A stretch of 64,000 bases of DNA, from assembly GCA_002633005.1 (NCBI GenBank), contig NMRA01000018.1, positions 707,131 through 771,130 on the forward strand, in the 5' to 3' direction. Position numbers and translations under genes: made by a program. The DNA comes from Phoronis australis. Its lineage: Eukaryota; Animalia; Phoronida. Positions 39,216 to 51,684 of the stretch are shown one piece after another; the first letter of the stretch is position 1; the number at the start of each line of letters is the position of its first letter. The notes under the pieces are model-generated. The model worked only from the letters and a program-made list of their open reading frames with translations, did no database searches and had not been told where the DNA came from.

Positions 39216-41384
39216 CTGAAAAAAAGGAAGTAGCATTGTTTTCAGTACCGACTCATACATGTATTTAAGACCTGTCTTCAACCTCCAATTTTTCAAACAC
39301 AACCGTCATATGCATCTGTGGTGTGCAGACAAGTTTTCCGACATCGAACAGAAACTTCGTATACGAAGAACAAGACAATTGGAGTGCACAGAAATTGGTA
39401 TGAAATTCGTAAACAAAAAATCGAACTGCTACTTGCACACTTTTCACTATATCCGAATCCAGTGAATATAGGCTGTTTACATGTAGAAGCTAATTAATGA
39501 AACTTTATTCCCAAAGATTAATCGCTTACATTTTTTTACGAAATGTGTCAAGTGTCGCCTCCTAAAAACATCTAGCATCAGTAACATTAGATGACGGTAT
39601 ACATGTCGGCCTATGTGAAGCTACGTTTAGGCAAAGGTGAAGGCATTGAGAAATCAACAATCCGAAAAGAGTCTTTCCCGGTAGGGGGATTGGAAGTTGA
39701 TCAAGAGTTCGAGCAAGGGGATACAGAAATCTGGAGGGAGTAAACCACGTCTTTAGTGTCCCAAATGTTGATGTTTACAAGATCAACGGTCCCACAAACG
39801 AAGCTGGCATTGGGCGAGGTTCTCATAATCATCAACCATCTCTTGAATATGTTTCCCGTTCAGGTGGCACTGAACAGTTAAGACTGCGAGTATATCCGTG
39901 GTCAATTTGCGCTGCCTAGAAATTAAATGTTAATGGTAGGCCAGTTTGGCGGCAGTTTGGAGTACATGTTTGGATTATATGTAGATGCAGTGAACCTGCT
40001 TTGCTTGTGTTTGTGAACATGTTGGGAACCAAGAAAATATAATCTCAAATCAGATTTCCGCCCCGTGCAAATACTAAAAATACGCGGAAACAACAAATGA
40101 GAAAGCGGAAGTCGTGTTTCCGCGGAAAATTCCAAGCCTGTTCACCTTCAGGTTTGCGAGCAATATATTCCTTCTTACATGTATTTCCCTTTTTCTGACC
40201 ATTAGCCGCATTTCTCGGTGCGTGTACCTATGTTCTCCTCACCCACAGTTCCACCACAGATGATACCTTGTCTCAATGTTCCTTACCAGGCAATCTACTA
40301 ATGTTTCATACGCCCATTGTTTCAATGCTTTTATGTTCTCCCGTCCCGATATAGGGGCGGATCCAGGATTTTAAGTTGGGGGGCAGAGCAGAGTATTAGC
40401 CAGGATTTTGCCAGTCAGACATTCTCACGCCAGAACCGCCAAACGGAATCTGGGAGAATTTTAGGGGAATCATGGCTCCCCTTTGTCCCCTCTAAGTCCA
40501 CCACTGCGATGACCCCCCTCCCCGGCTCAAAATTCCTAGTGCCCGATGCACGATTTATGCTAACAGGTTCTGTTATAATTTGGGTGTCATTCCACGATTT
40601 TTATTCCAGATGGTCAAACGTATGTTGTTAGTCGTAACTAAATTTTTACCTTCTCTAATAAACGTGTACTTGACCTTAATTTAGTGCAGTTTGTGGTTTT
40701 AAACTAAATTACCTACCCCTGAAAAGCAATTGGTTGACATAATGAAAATTAGTGGAAATTATCAAAACAGGCTTTAGTATTATTTAAGGAACAAGGCAAG
40801 ATAAAATTTCATCAATCAAAACTTCTTTTGACAAAATGCAAACTTCCAGATACCTTGCCTAAAAACCGCGGTAATGAATTGTTTTTAAATGTTCTACGTT
40901 TGCACGAGAGGATATCAACCATTTGCATAAAATGAAAACGAGATAATTTTAAATCATTGTAACAGCGTTTTTGATATTACGTGTTAAATGATTATCTCAA
41001 ACGAAATTCATGTTCGTGATACCGTTGTTGTCCTGAGAATGCTCCATTCGTTTTGGTTTAGTTGAATTAAAAACACAGGATGATGTGACCCAATTAAACA
41101 CAGATTGATTTATGTGAAAAAACGAATTCTGCAGACTTTCAACTTTCAGATTGTACATACTCTTATTTAGTTTGGGGCACTGAACACGGCACGTAGAACA
41201 GGCAGACGAATTGCCCGATGACTCATAATAATAAAAAAACATGAAGGTTGGACATTAAAACTCTGCCCAACATACATCTGTAGGCTCCCAACGGCAACTG
41301 AACTGTCCCAAATCCAAATAAAATCTGCGTGCATCTCTCTCAGACTGGTAGTGCATCAACTTTTGAAGCTTTGTCTTTCCTTAA

Positions 41385-43014
41385 AGGAGAATGCCACCCG
41401 ATTTAATTAGTCTTTTTATCGTCTTAATCGGTCTATATCCACATCGCCTATTATACGGTCAACCTCACCTTGCCGAGAGGTGTCGTGTTAACCTGTGACG
41501 AAGGTGAAAAACGACGCAGCGACGTCAGTGGTTCGTCTGCAGTGTGAATGCCGCTAAATTGCGCATGTCCAAACTATGAAGCTGCGAAGAAAGCGGGTGT
41601 ATCGTTTTTTCGACTTCCTCGAGAGCCCGAAATGCTTACGAAGTGGCTCGCGGTAGTAAAGAATGAAAGGTATGCTGTTAATTGCAAGTATGAGGCCGTG
41701 AAACATCTCCGTGTCTGCATTTCGCCGACAGTGTTTTCCCTGACGAATTCCGGCTTACCAAAGAACTATCCAAACGTTCCGTTGCCTGTGCATGTTCACG
41801 GCGCCTCTCTAGTATTTTTTGATCAGTGTGTTCCGGTTCGAACTGATAGCCTGTGAGGCCTAAGGATCCGACCCGTGAAGTCTTCGTCGGATGAAATCTT
41901 GGCTAAGTCGGGATTCGCGCCGGGCGCCTTTGCCATGAAGACGTTTATTATTCGGCGTTCTGTTTCAAAATGAATTATTCTCATCCTAAAATGATCCTAA
42001 CCAATGCTTATATGAAACTAAAACCAAGTCTGTCTCATTAGGTACAATTTGCAATGCCTTTGAGTGCTCGTGAGTGCAAATGTTTTGAGAAGCCAACAAT
42101 GAATAAACCACTGCGTTACCGGCTTTTGATGTCGGCAACAAAGGTAATTGACCGGGCACCGCGGTCGTGTGAGCGCATGCTAATTCAGTGTTTGCTGACA
42201 GAAAGCTGTTGTTACAGAATAACACGATTTCATATGCTATGGTCACATGTTAGGGGAATCTTTATTTAGAAATACAAACACATTATTCAAATCATTGTTA
42301 CTGTACAACTTTTGCCCTGACGATCTGTGGAAGGGGAACCCGACTTCGCGGCCCCCGACAAGTAAGTAGATTTTCAGTTTCGTGGCTTAACATTAATACT
42401 TACGTGGACATTATTTCTTTGGCTTATTATTATAGTCTTTTCGTGACTGGAGGTTTAGTTTCCAACTCAAGCTGGTTTATGTTCATGCCAGTCCCGACGG
42501 CCGCGACGGGCCTGATCGGGTTTCGAGCCACAGGCCGGGATAACAAGCGTTTTGCGCGTATAAACAACACAGATCTAGGTTCTTCCGTATGTATTTTACG
42601 GAAGAATACTTCGAATTTATCTCCGAACAGACCCCAAACGCTCCTGCTACGGACCTTGTTAAATTGGCATGCCGAACTTTGTAGGCTACGGTGTGTCCAA
42701 ATACCAGTAAATCCGCAACAACGAAATAAAACAACACGTTTTTATAAGAACACGGTGTATTTTTAAGGGTTTTACATCGAAGTTTGATGATTCATTGGTG
42801 TTAAAGGATGAATTCAAGCGATAAGCTGGCACCACTAACCCGTGTTGTTAACTGCTGAACAGACTACGAGTGAAACCAATTACGTCATTGGATAATTTCA
42901 ACATCTCCGTCTGCCGTCAGGTGTCCGGTAACGCAACCGAACCTGCCGTTATCGAGTAGAACTACTCGATCTAAATTGATACAAAATATGTTCTTTTTTG
43001 GGTGGCATTCTCCT
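41385..43014 (+). mobile_element. Kolobok-like element, family B, internally deleted
   Basis: Perfect 15-bp TIR AGGAGAATGCCACCC and TTAA TSD (41381-41384, 43015-43018). THAP start at 41548 (MPLNCACPNY..VSFFRLPREPEMLTKWL..HLRVC) and an opposite-strand GYQFEPEHTD motif at ~41820-41850. Confidence 0.88.
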
Positions 43015-43599
43015 TTAACCCTATCCAGTTGTCTTTGTGAGTGGTGAATCGGCGACGGAATTTCCAAATTAAACGCAAAACTCTAATTACAAGGAGGCTA
43101 AACAGTTAACATGGCGGATTTTAGTAGTAATTAGTACGATTGATGAAAACAAAGCTTGGTGTTTAAGCAAGCAAAGCCTATAGCAAAGACAGGAAATTTT
43201 TTATTAAATTTGAAATAACAGAGGTTAGCAAAATTACGTGTAATTTACTTCTTCTTAGTACACGTTTTATCCTTGAACACGTGATTAAATTTTAAGAAGA
43301 GGAACATCATGTATTTCATCTTGACATGTGCTAATCTTGGTGGAAGTACAACGGAAATTCGACTTTTAGCGGAGATTTCCGATGTCCGACCGCACGTTTA
43401 TTCGCGAGAAATTATCCATGGGAAACTGTTGGATTTCGCAATAGAGTTATTTGGCACACCAGATGAATGATTACTTATTCCGCGAAGTGTCCAACTTGGA
43501 AGACTGTGTGATTCTTAAAATGCAACAAATTAGTCAGGGCGAATTTACTTTAAATAGTTAATCCACCTAATGAAGCCTGATAGGACAAGTGTGTACGAT

Positions 43600-43830
43600 G
43601 CTGATTCAAAATTTTGGTGACAAAAGTACCACGGTACATCAAAAACGTTCACTATCAGCGCAGTTCACAGTTCAAAAACTATGTGCAACTTTGCTTATGT
43701 CGAACCATCACGAATATTTTGGTTTTACTGCCGACTGAAGTTTTTTCGCCACATGTCACGGAAAAGGACCAGTTGACGACATCGGTGCCACAATTGAGAA
43801 AAGTATGTGGAGGAAGATGTTAAAGAGCAT
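43600..43830 (+). pseudogene. Sola2-like DDD transposase remnant
   Basis: Translates to SSQFKN, a frameshift, then HHEYFGFTAD*SFFATCHGKGPVDDIGATIEKSMWR, matching the Q.KN...FF.TSHGKGP.DGIGG motif. Confidence 0.7.
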
Positions 43831-43937
43831 CAATGTTATAAACAGTGTCATAAAATTCTACTTGGCAGGGAAAGATCTAATTTTAAAATGGAATCATTGA
43901 AATTCTGTATGTGTAAGATAAAGGATTAAAGCCTTAA

Positions 43938-45768
43938 AGTCCTTGTTGCAAACTGCCCATGTGGTTCTAGTATCCGAAAATACTTACTACATAAATTCTT
44001 ATTTTCGACACCCTTTCTTTATATTCTTTTCGCCTTTCTTGCCAAAAGCCATTTTTTAACAGTATTTGACCCTTCTCTCTGAGCGTATGATTACCGGTTG
44101 TCATCGGTTATTTCCGTACCCACATTTCCGGCTCATCAGTTCAGGAACTTGTCCTGAACGCCGCCATTTTTTCCTTGTAACTGAATGTGCTATGGCTTGC
44201 TCGAAAAGTCTTCATTATTTTGTTTTATTAGTAATATATCGTGATTCGTTTGCATATGTAGTGTATTTATAGTTTGTAGTTAGTGGTCGTTGATTTTTTT
44301 GGAATGTTACGCGTACTTAGTATGTTAAAATAGCATTGGTGTTTAGTTCCTTACGTAGGCGGGTCGAACCTAGGAACCAATATGGGTCGAACCAAATTTT
44401 TTTCGGTTTTATTTTTTTCCTCGTTTTGAAAAAGTACTTTACTATCATCGGAAAGGTAGTACATTCTACTCAGTAAAAATCGAAAAAGTATCAAAATCGG
44501 GGCAAGCAGTGTAAAGTTATTGCAAGTTTTGTGGCGAAATTTGGGTCACTTTGTTTGGATCGCGTCGGCCATATTGGAGGACAGCGGGATAAGTTACGAG
44601 TTTAAAACTTTGTGTAAATTGTTTTCGCCAACAAATTACGGTGAAATTTAGTTAGACATATCTTTACTTACTATTCTGCACGATTCAACAGTGTTCACCA
44701 AATTTCAGCCTCGCAGTTGTTACTCATTAAGAGATAAATGTGCTCACATTCCCGTTGGACTTCGTCTCATTTCTGGCGGCACCTACAATGTCGACTTTTG
44801 CTGAACTGAAAGGCATGTTCAATCGGCTACTTTGTAATTTGTGAAGATTTAACGTTGATACATTTTGACAAACGTTGCTACAAAAAAGAAACTTTGTTCA
44901 ATTTTCGTGTTTTTTGTGTTTGTGGCCAGCGACCAGTTAGGCCTAAGGGTAGTCTTGGCGCAAAGCTGGCGTGCGTTCAGTAGACGCTAGGACCTACGCT
45001 AGGACCTTGCAAAATCCTAGTCAAAGTCACATGTTCTCATTTAAAATACACGGCAATATCTCACGTAATCTCGCGAAGTCTTGCTTCTTAGCGAGGTCCT
45101 AGCGCTACTGAACGGGAGGCTGTATAGGCCTACTAACAAGCTGTATTTTGACTATAGTCTTCACTGGTAGCTGGTGACTGAGGCTAACCAAGGTCTGCCG
45201 CGGCAGTGTGACACAGGACTAACCAGCCCGTAATTTCATGCAATTGTTTGAAACTACCCTTGAATATATGCAGCATTTATCATTTGACCGTTTTACTTCG
45301 ACAAAACAGCTTGCAACCGCATGCATTTACCGTTCGCCAGTGTCTGGTCTCGATCCGCACCGGGTCCGATAGTCTGCGGTCCCGAGTCTAGCAAAATAAT
45401 TTCTGTCAAAATTTATTCGTCACATTTCTTCAGCAAATTCCATAAAATTGTCCGTAGTTTGATTTTATCAAAATTAAGGCGCGCTGTCGATTTTTTTTAT
45501 CCCCGTTTGCTGGCTGGTAACAGTACAGGCACTGCTCCAGTCGCACAGACGGCGTTTTCTCGGCCTGGGTTCCTGAATGAATTGTACTTCCGGGTTCGCG
45601 GCAAGTTCAAAATGGCGGTGTTTCTTCGGGTGCGAATCGTGAGTAGCGCGTTCATTTAAACTGTTTTCAAGTACGGATCGTGTATTAGTTATGGGGTAGG
45701 TACTTCTTGGATCCTTATAACATCTTCTAACCATGTAATAAGGGTTAACAACGCGTGAGACAAGGACT
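43938..45768. mobile_element. Kolobok-like non-autonomous element, family C
   Basis: TTAA|AGTCCTTGT ... ACAAGGACT|TTAA. A further family-C end, GAGACAAGGACT|TTAA, occurs at 60621-60636. Confidence 0.7.
44970..45120. mobile_element. Small MITE nested in Kolobok C
   Basis: Inverted ends CGTTCAGTAGACGCTAGGACCT / AGGTCCTAGCGCTACTGAACG. Confidence 0.6.
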
Positions 45769-45772
45769 TTAA

Positions 45773-46430
45773 AGGAGCATGTCACCCAAAAAACAACCTA
45801 ATTTGTATCAATTTAGATCGAGTAGTTCTACTTCATAACGACACGTACTGTTGCGTTCCCTGACACCTGACGGCAGACGGAAGTGTTGAAATTATGCAAT
45901 GACGTCATCGGTTTTACACGCAGTCTGTTCAGCAGTTCACAACACGGGTTACTGGTGACAGCTTATCGCTTGAAGTCATGGTCTAATACCAATAAATCAT
46001 CAAACTTCGATGTAAAACCCTTATAAACACACCGAATTCGTATAAAAACGTGTTGTTTTATTTCGCTCTTACGGATTCATTGGTATTTGGACACACCGTA
46101 GCCTACAAAGTTCGACAGGCCAATAAGGTCCGTAGCAGGAGTTTGGGGTCGGACTAGATAATTTCGAAGAATCTTCCGTGAGATACAGACAGGAGAACCT
46201 AGATCTGTGTTGTTTAGACTTGTGATTCTTTGAGTTCTAAACACAAAACGCTTGTTAGCCTGGCCATTGGCTCGGAGCACGATCAGGCTCGTCGCGGCCG
46301 GTCGGATAACGAGTCAATCGGATTGACTCGTTATCCCCGCCAGAGGCTCGGAAACTGATCAGACATCACGAACATAAACCAGCCAAAGTTCAGAAGAAAC
46401 TAAACTTGCAGTCAAGAAAATACTATACTA
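45773..46430 (-). mobile_element. Kolobok family B, truncated copy
   Basis: TTAA|AGGAGCATGTCACCC start; directly similar to 12720-13375. Confidence 0.85.
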
Positions 46431-48104
46431 GCTCAACATTGACAACCAGCTTTAACACCCACACTTGTATAATACACATATGCACTCGAATCAATTTACA
46501 GGTGGGACGCTAAAGTGTCCTATCCATAGCTCGATGTCAACCACGAAAAAGGGCTGTGTTGTACAAATTTCATGTGTAATAAATACTGCACTGATGTGTT
46601 TTTCTAAGTGTTGCAAGTCAGAGTTTCCATGAGTATTAGATAATAAAACACTTAACTCCACCGATACCTCAGGTAAAATAATTTGACATTCTCGTAGTCT
46701 GTTTGTATTTCAAATTCATAGCACCACTGCAATTACCCCTTTTGAAATTCTGTATCTACTAGTGGTTTACACCTGATGCCTAGATTAACCAATGACATTC
46801 TTAGCCCTATGTAGTATTTTAGTGTACATCTCGAATTCATAATATGTCAGTGATATCCTATAGTCACTGTTGGAATCGTCTGGTCCATTCTCACCTGAAC
46901 CTGCAATGCTTCATCGAATCTGCGTTTCATTCCTTTACTTAGCAATCATCACAACTAAAATGTAAGTCACGGTGATGATTGTAAATACAACTGGCTGAAA
47001 CATTGCTTCAAGAATTGTTGAGGGGAGGTTGGCGAAAACACTACTACAGAAGTAGCAATAGCCATTATAAGTTTCCCGTGCATTGAATAGTTAGTCAAAA
47101 ATGTAGGATTTCTCAAAGTTACACGCTTGGGCCCACCCAACAAAAAAACTTGTAACTGCGTTTTATTTGATTACAACTTGTTCAACAGAACGTTCATTTT
47201 TATATTCGGTAAACCGGTTCGCCATCTGATGAACAGTAGAAAAATTACTACCCGGAAGATTTTCACCTTTACAGGATTAGTGCTCCCCGTGAGTCTTCGG
47301 TACTTAAACGGTATAGTTAGCAATAACCATTTAATCAAGTGTGAGTTTTGGATTGCCTCGTGTTAATATACGTTCCCATTTTTCGGAACCACGTAACGTT
47401 ACTAAACGTCAAGCAGACATTACAAGACCGACAATTGTCATCGTTTTGAGGTCGTAATTTCAGCTTTAATTGTAAAGTTCTGAGCACCAGCTGCAAGAAT
47501 TTTAATGTAATTCAGATTTCGAGCTTTGGAAAATCTTAATGATCTTGTTGACATGGTTTTTGTGATCCATAAATCTATAGAACTTTGTTGGTTTGTTAAT
47601 GGGAGGGTGACAGTAATGGCGAGCAGGACGAACGATATCAGCAAAGCGGGTGGTTTCAATCAAAGCATGCAGGACACACAGTTCGCTGTCCAGAAATGTT
47701 TTGATCTATATGTACTCGACAAAGGCTCAGCTTTCAAATGTAGTATGTCACATTTCTGAATGATTTTGCGCCGTAAAAGAAACAACGATAGAATGAAGGG
47801 TATTACCACCTGTTACACAGCTTGATTCGAGTGGGTTGAAAAAGTAACGAAAATAAGTAACTTGCGAATACGTTTCAATTATGAATTTTACATTTTCACG
47901 TAGACACAAGTTGTGCTTATTCAGCATGCCATTCTCAGTTTATGTTAATTTGTCGTTGTTCCACAGTGATGCAACAAATAGGCTAAAATTTGATGGTTTC
48001 CGAAGCCATAAACTAGCCAAAAATTTCGAGGGGACAGTTTTCTGTGAAGAAGTCAGATATTTTAAATAAAATTATTTTAGCTGTTGACCATTCCACCTAA
48101 GAGT

Positions 48105-49020
48105 AACAAGAGCAACGCGGAGCGTTGAAATGCGCCCACGAATGCATTGCAAATGGTGCGCTGTTAGGGTTATTTATTTGTATCATAAAAATGGCCACTA
48201 GATGGCGCAAAAACAAACAATCCATCCAAAAACAGGAACATGCCATATTTCATAAAAATCTGTCAAGGAACTTTAGAGAAACAAAGGAAAACTGAATAAA
48301 ATGAAATTACCACTACTGGGCACAGTGTCCGTTGGATCCGCCTGAAAGTCGTCGACGTCTGTTGTTATCTTCATATAAATACATTTACAAAATTTAGTAA
48401 AGATCCTGCACTGGGTTTAAGAGATATGGGCGCAAAACAAAACTACCACAGTAGTCAGTCACCATCATCAAAGGTCGTCTTCACACTGAGAACATATATG
48501 CCAATTTTCAAACGATTTGGTTGATACAGGGGTGGACACCAAAACAAGATTTGAAAACAGCAAAAATGGCCACTAGGTGGTGCAAAATATCTCAATTCCA
48601 TCCAAAAACAGGAATATAGTGTCATCACACCGATAGATGCCTATATTTAAATTTTTATGAAACTCTGTTGAAGACCTTTGAAGAAACTGAGTTAAACGTA
48701 AATAACTAAAATTGCCACTAGGGGGCACAGCAATATTCAGATCTGTCCGAAAGTCGTCGCCATCTGTAGTCAACATCATATAAATACACTTGCTAAATTA
48801 AGTAAAGATCCTGCGAACGGTTTAGGAGATACAGCCATAGCGGAAAGATAAACAAAACTGCCACTAGGAGGGGCCACAGTAGTCGAAATCGTCGGAAAAT
48901 CATCGTCAACCGTTCTCTTTATAGTAAGCACATACATGCCAATTTTCACAATCATCCTTTGAGCGCTTTGATTGATAGAGATCTGGACGCAAAAAAAGGA
49001 CTAAAAAACAGTAAAAATAA
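48105..49020 (-). mobile_element. Helentron-associated element (HINE/DINE-like), 3' part
   Basis: AACAAGAG, then hairpin CAACGC-GGA-GCGTTG, then subTIR ATGCGCCCAC, then ~430-bp internal repeat units with GCCACTAG motifs. Confidence 0.7.
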
Positions 49021-49339
49021 AAATAAGCTATCCGTGAAATGTCATGTTCCAGCGTCTGCCTGACTTTCAGTGACTCTTAAAAACTGCTATGTTGCTCAAG
49101 TGGTAACTCTCAGTGCTGATACTGGTGAACTCAAAACTGCATGTACATGTATAAAAGCACATGACAGAAAGAAGACCAATATCAGCTCATACGGGAGCAT
49201 ATTTCCCCGGAGCACTGTGTTGCTGCTGTAGTCTGCGGTATTCGTAAGCTATATGGTCGAGGGTCACACGTGTCCGGTTTATTGGTTCTAATAATTGTTA
49301 CGGCAATCATGAGCTAGAAATAGTGTTGAGAGTAATAAT

Positions 49340-49800
49340 AAACTGTTTATCTATAATCAAATTTAAAAGGAACTCAAATTGGACATTGTTTAAGTTTGAG
49401 TTTACCCCGTGCACAAATTATGTCCATGGCACGTTTTCGTTGTTCCAGCCACAGTCTCATGATTGAAGCTGGCAGGCACTTGAATTTGGATAAGGTAAAC
49501 AGAGTGTGTCCCTTCTGCCACAATGTTGTAAAAGACGAGTATCAATTCCTACTAAGCTGTTATGAATATTCTGAACTGAGAGAAAATTATATTGAAGTGT
49601 ACTACTGGAACTTTCCGTCTTCTTTAAATTCAATCTAGTGATGATGCTAAATTAGTTAATCTATTTAAATACGTATTTTATGCTTTTCGACTCCGTGAGA
49701 GCTTGCTGCACTCTTAAGGATGTATGATGTTACACGTAGTTGTTCTTTTGTACAGTGGGCCTGTGGCCTTTATTACAGAAATAAATTGACTGATTGGTTG
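49340..49800 (+). mobile_element. 3' fragment of an RTEX-like LINE
   Basis: C-terminal zinc motif ARFRCSSHSLMIEAGRH...RVCPFC..VKDEYQFLLSC..YSELR, followed by AATAAA and a short ATTG/ACTG tail. Confidence 0.7.
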
Positions 49801-51684
49801 AAATTGTGGCAATAATAGATAATTATAACAGTAATGGATATTTGTGACAGTAATGAATATTTATAACAATGATGTTTATCTATTTGTTTGATACTTCTAA
49901 TAACAACACGTATTTACGAGTAAACTTAGATAATGAAGTAAAAATAAGATCGTAAGACAAACGAGAACATCCTTAGCCACATAGACTTATGCATGTATGT
50001 CACCTTAGTATATTTCTGTAATAAATCAGCCAATCTGAAACCAAAAATATTGACAACTATTGTATAACCACAGTAATAAATGTTTTTTCGTGGAAAAGTA
50101 TATATAACAGTTATATATATATAGTGACTATGAATATTTCAGGCTTCTGATTGGCTGATACGTTACTGTAGTAAATACATGTATGATGACAGTAATGGCA
50201 GGACTAATAACAGCAATGTATATCTATAAATTAATAAGTATGCGTCGGTTTCATTACCCCTGAGTTCTAACTGGGCGATATATTACTGTACTGAACATTT
50301 ATTGCTGAGTATATATTTATTTAGGTTGTTATTTCTTACATTTGGTTAGCTGAAGAATTATTACTGTAGTAATTCGGTAGATGATTACAGTAATAAGTCA
50401 GAGTTAAGACGTGCTTAGTCAATAATATACGTAAATGCTGTACTGTGTATTTGCGCAATTGCCGAACTTGCTACTTGTGGTCGTAAACAAAACTGATGGC
50501 CACTGTATCAACATAAGAATAGACACCGAACTCAGAAGTCAGTGGGCCCAGATATCGCGGGTACTTTCACCTGGCAATTTATTTTTGATCTTCTGGATTA
50601 ATAAAATTTGAATTCATTATTGGAAAAGATCCCACGTTCTAGGCTGCAGATTTTTGTAAAGCTTTGGAAAACTATGAATTAAATTGTTTCCTTCATGAGA
50701 AATGTTGGAATGATTAGAGTGGCGGGACAGGTGGAGATTCCCGTTGTACTCACGCGAGGTTTTATCAATAATACCGTTACAAGCAGTAGACAGCGCAAAG
50801 GTTTCACCTGCGTGTCTATTGAGTGGCGAATACAATACACCTTATGTTTATTGTTGTTAGCAATTCGTAAATCACTCTCTGGAGGTGCGCCACCGTCACG
50901 CATAACAGCTAGGGTAATATTTTGGAGTTCAGTATGGTAACGGAATCTACAACTACATGTGATTTTTGTTGTGGGTTTCAGAATGGTTCCCCATAACATT
51001 AATTGAGTTATTACTGTTTGATCTTGCCCTTAAAATATCACGTTTAGCACTTTCTGTCACCATAATTTAGTTTTTAATGAGTTTCAAGTTCAAATATTCC
51101 CTGAGAAAAATGGTGTTCCTATCCGTGAGAAAGTTAACTTCAATTCAGAAGACAACACCGAACACATGAGCTAATCAGTCATTACTGGGTGGCCTAAACT
51201 GGTAAGCACTTGTAGCCTTCTAAAATGTGTTACAGCTAAGTTATCCATAGCGAGAGATTTTCAATACTTCATTTTTTGTTTTCTTCAGCGCGCATTTGAG
51301 TGTTGAGTGTCACCTTCTTTTGTACGTAACTATATTTCCTCTGTACATATCCTTAGGTCAATCATTATCACCTGTTTTTCCTTATTACGTCTTCAAATAC
51401 ATAAGTGTTTTGTATTCACTTGCAACAGAGCTAATGGTTTCCCAAGATTGACTTTATATGTTGCGCTTTTCAACTAAGTTGCAATTTATTTACCTGTAAG
51501 CGAGCCTATGATATAATTCTGTTGTTTAAAAATGACTCCCCTAATTGTCCAGACTACCTTATTCATTTAACAACCCTTGAATTGTCAATAAGCATTGGTG
51601 TATAAATTGTTAAATCCGGCTATCCTTTGAGTGCCTCGAGTAGAGTGAGTTTCTTCTCACGGGCATCTAACGAGATATCAGGCT

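Larger units (their letters stand above)
33427..47710 (-). repeat. Right arm of the inverted duplication
   Basis: Mirror of the left arm, including the DUF229 exon, the (TG)n tract and MITEs. It carries an arm-specific TE cluster at ~40675-46460. Confidence 0.92.

Noticed and set aside
47438-47659. Signal-peptide-like ORF (KPPALLISFVLLAITVTLP) as DUF229 first exon
   Set aside because: It has no ATG start, the left-arm counterpart is interrupted by a stop and frameshift, and no clear donor was seen.
50600-51050. Possible decayed APE endonuclease on the minus strand (GVLYSPLN)
   Set aside because: The resemblance is too weak to call without a profile search.
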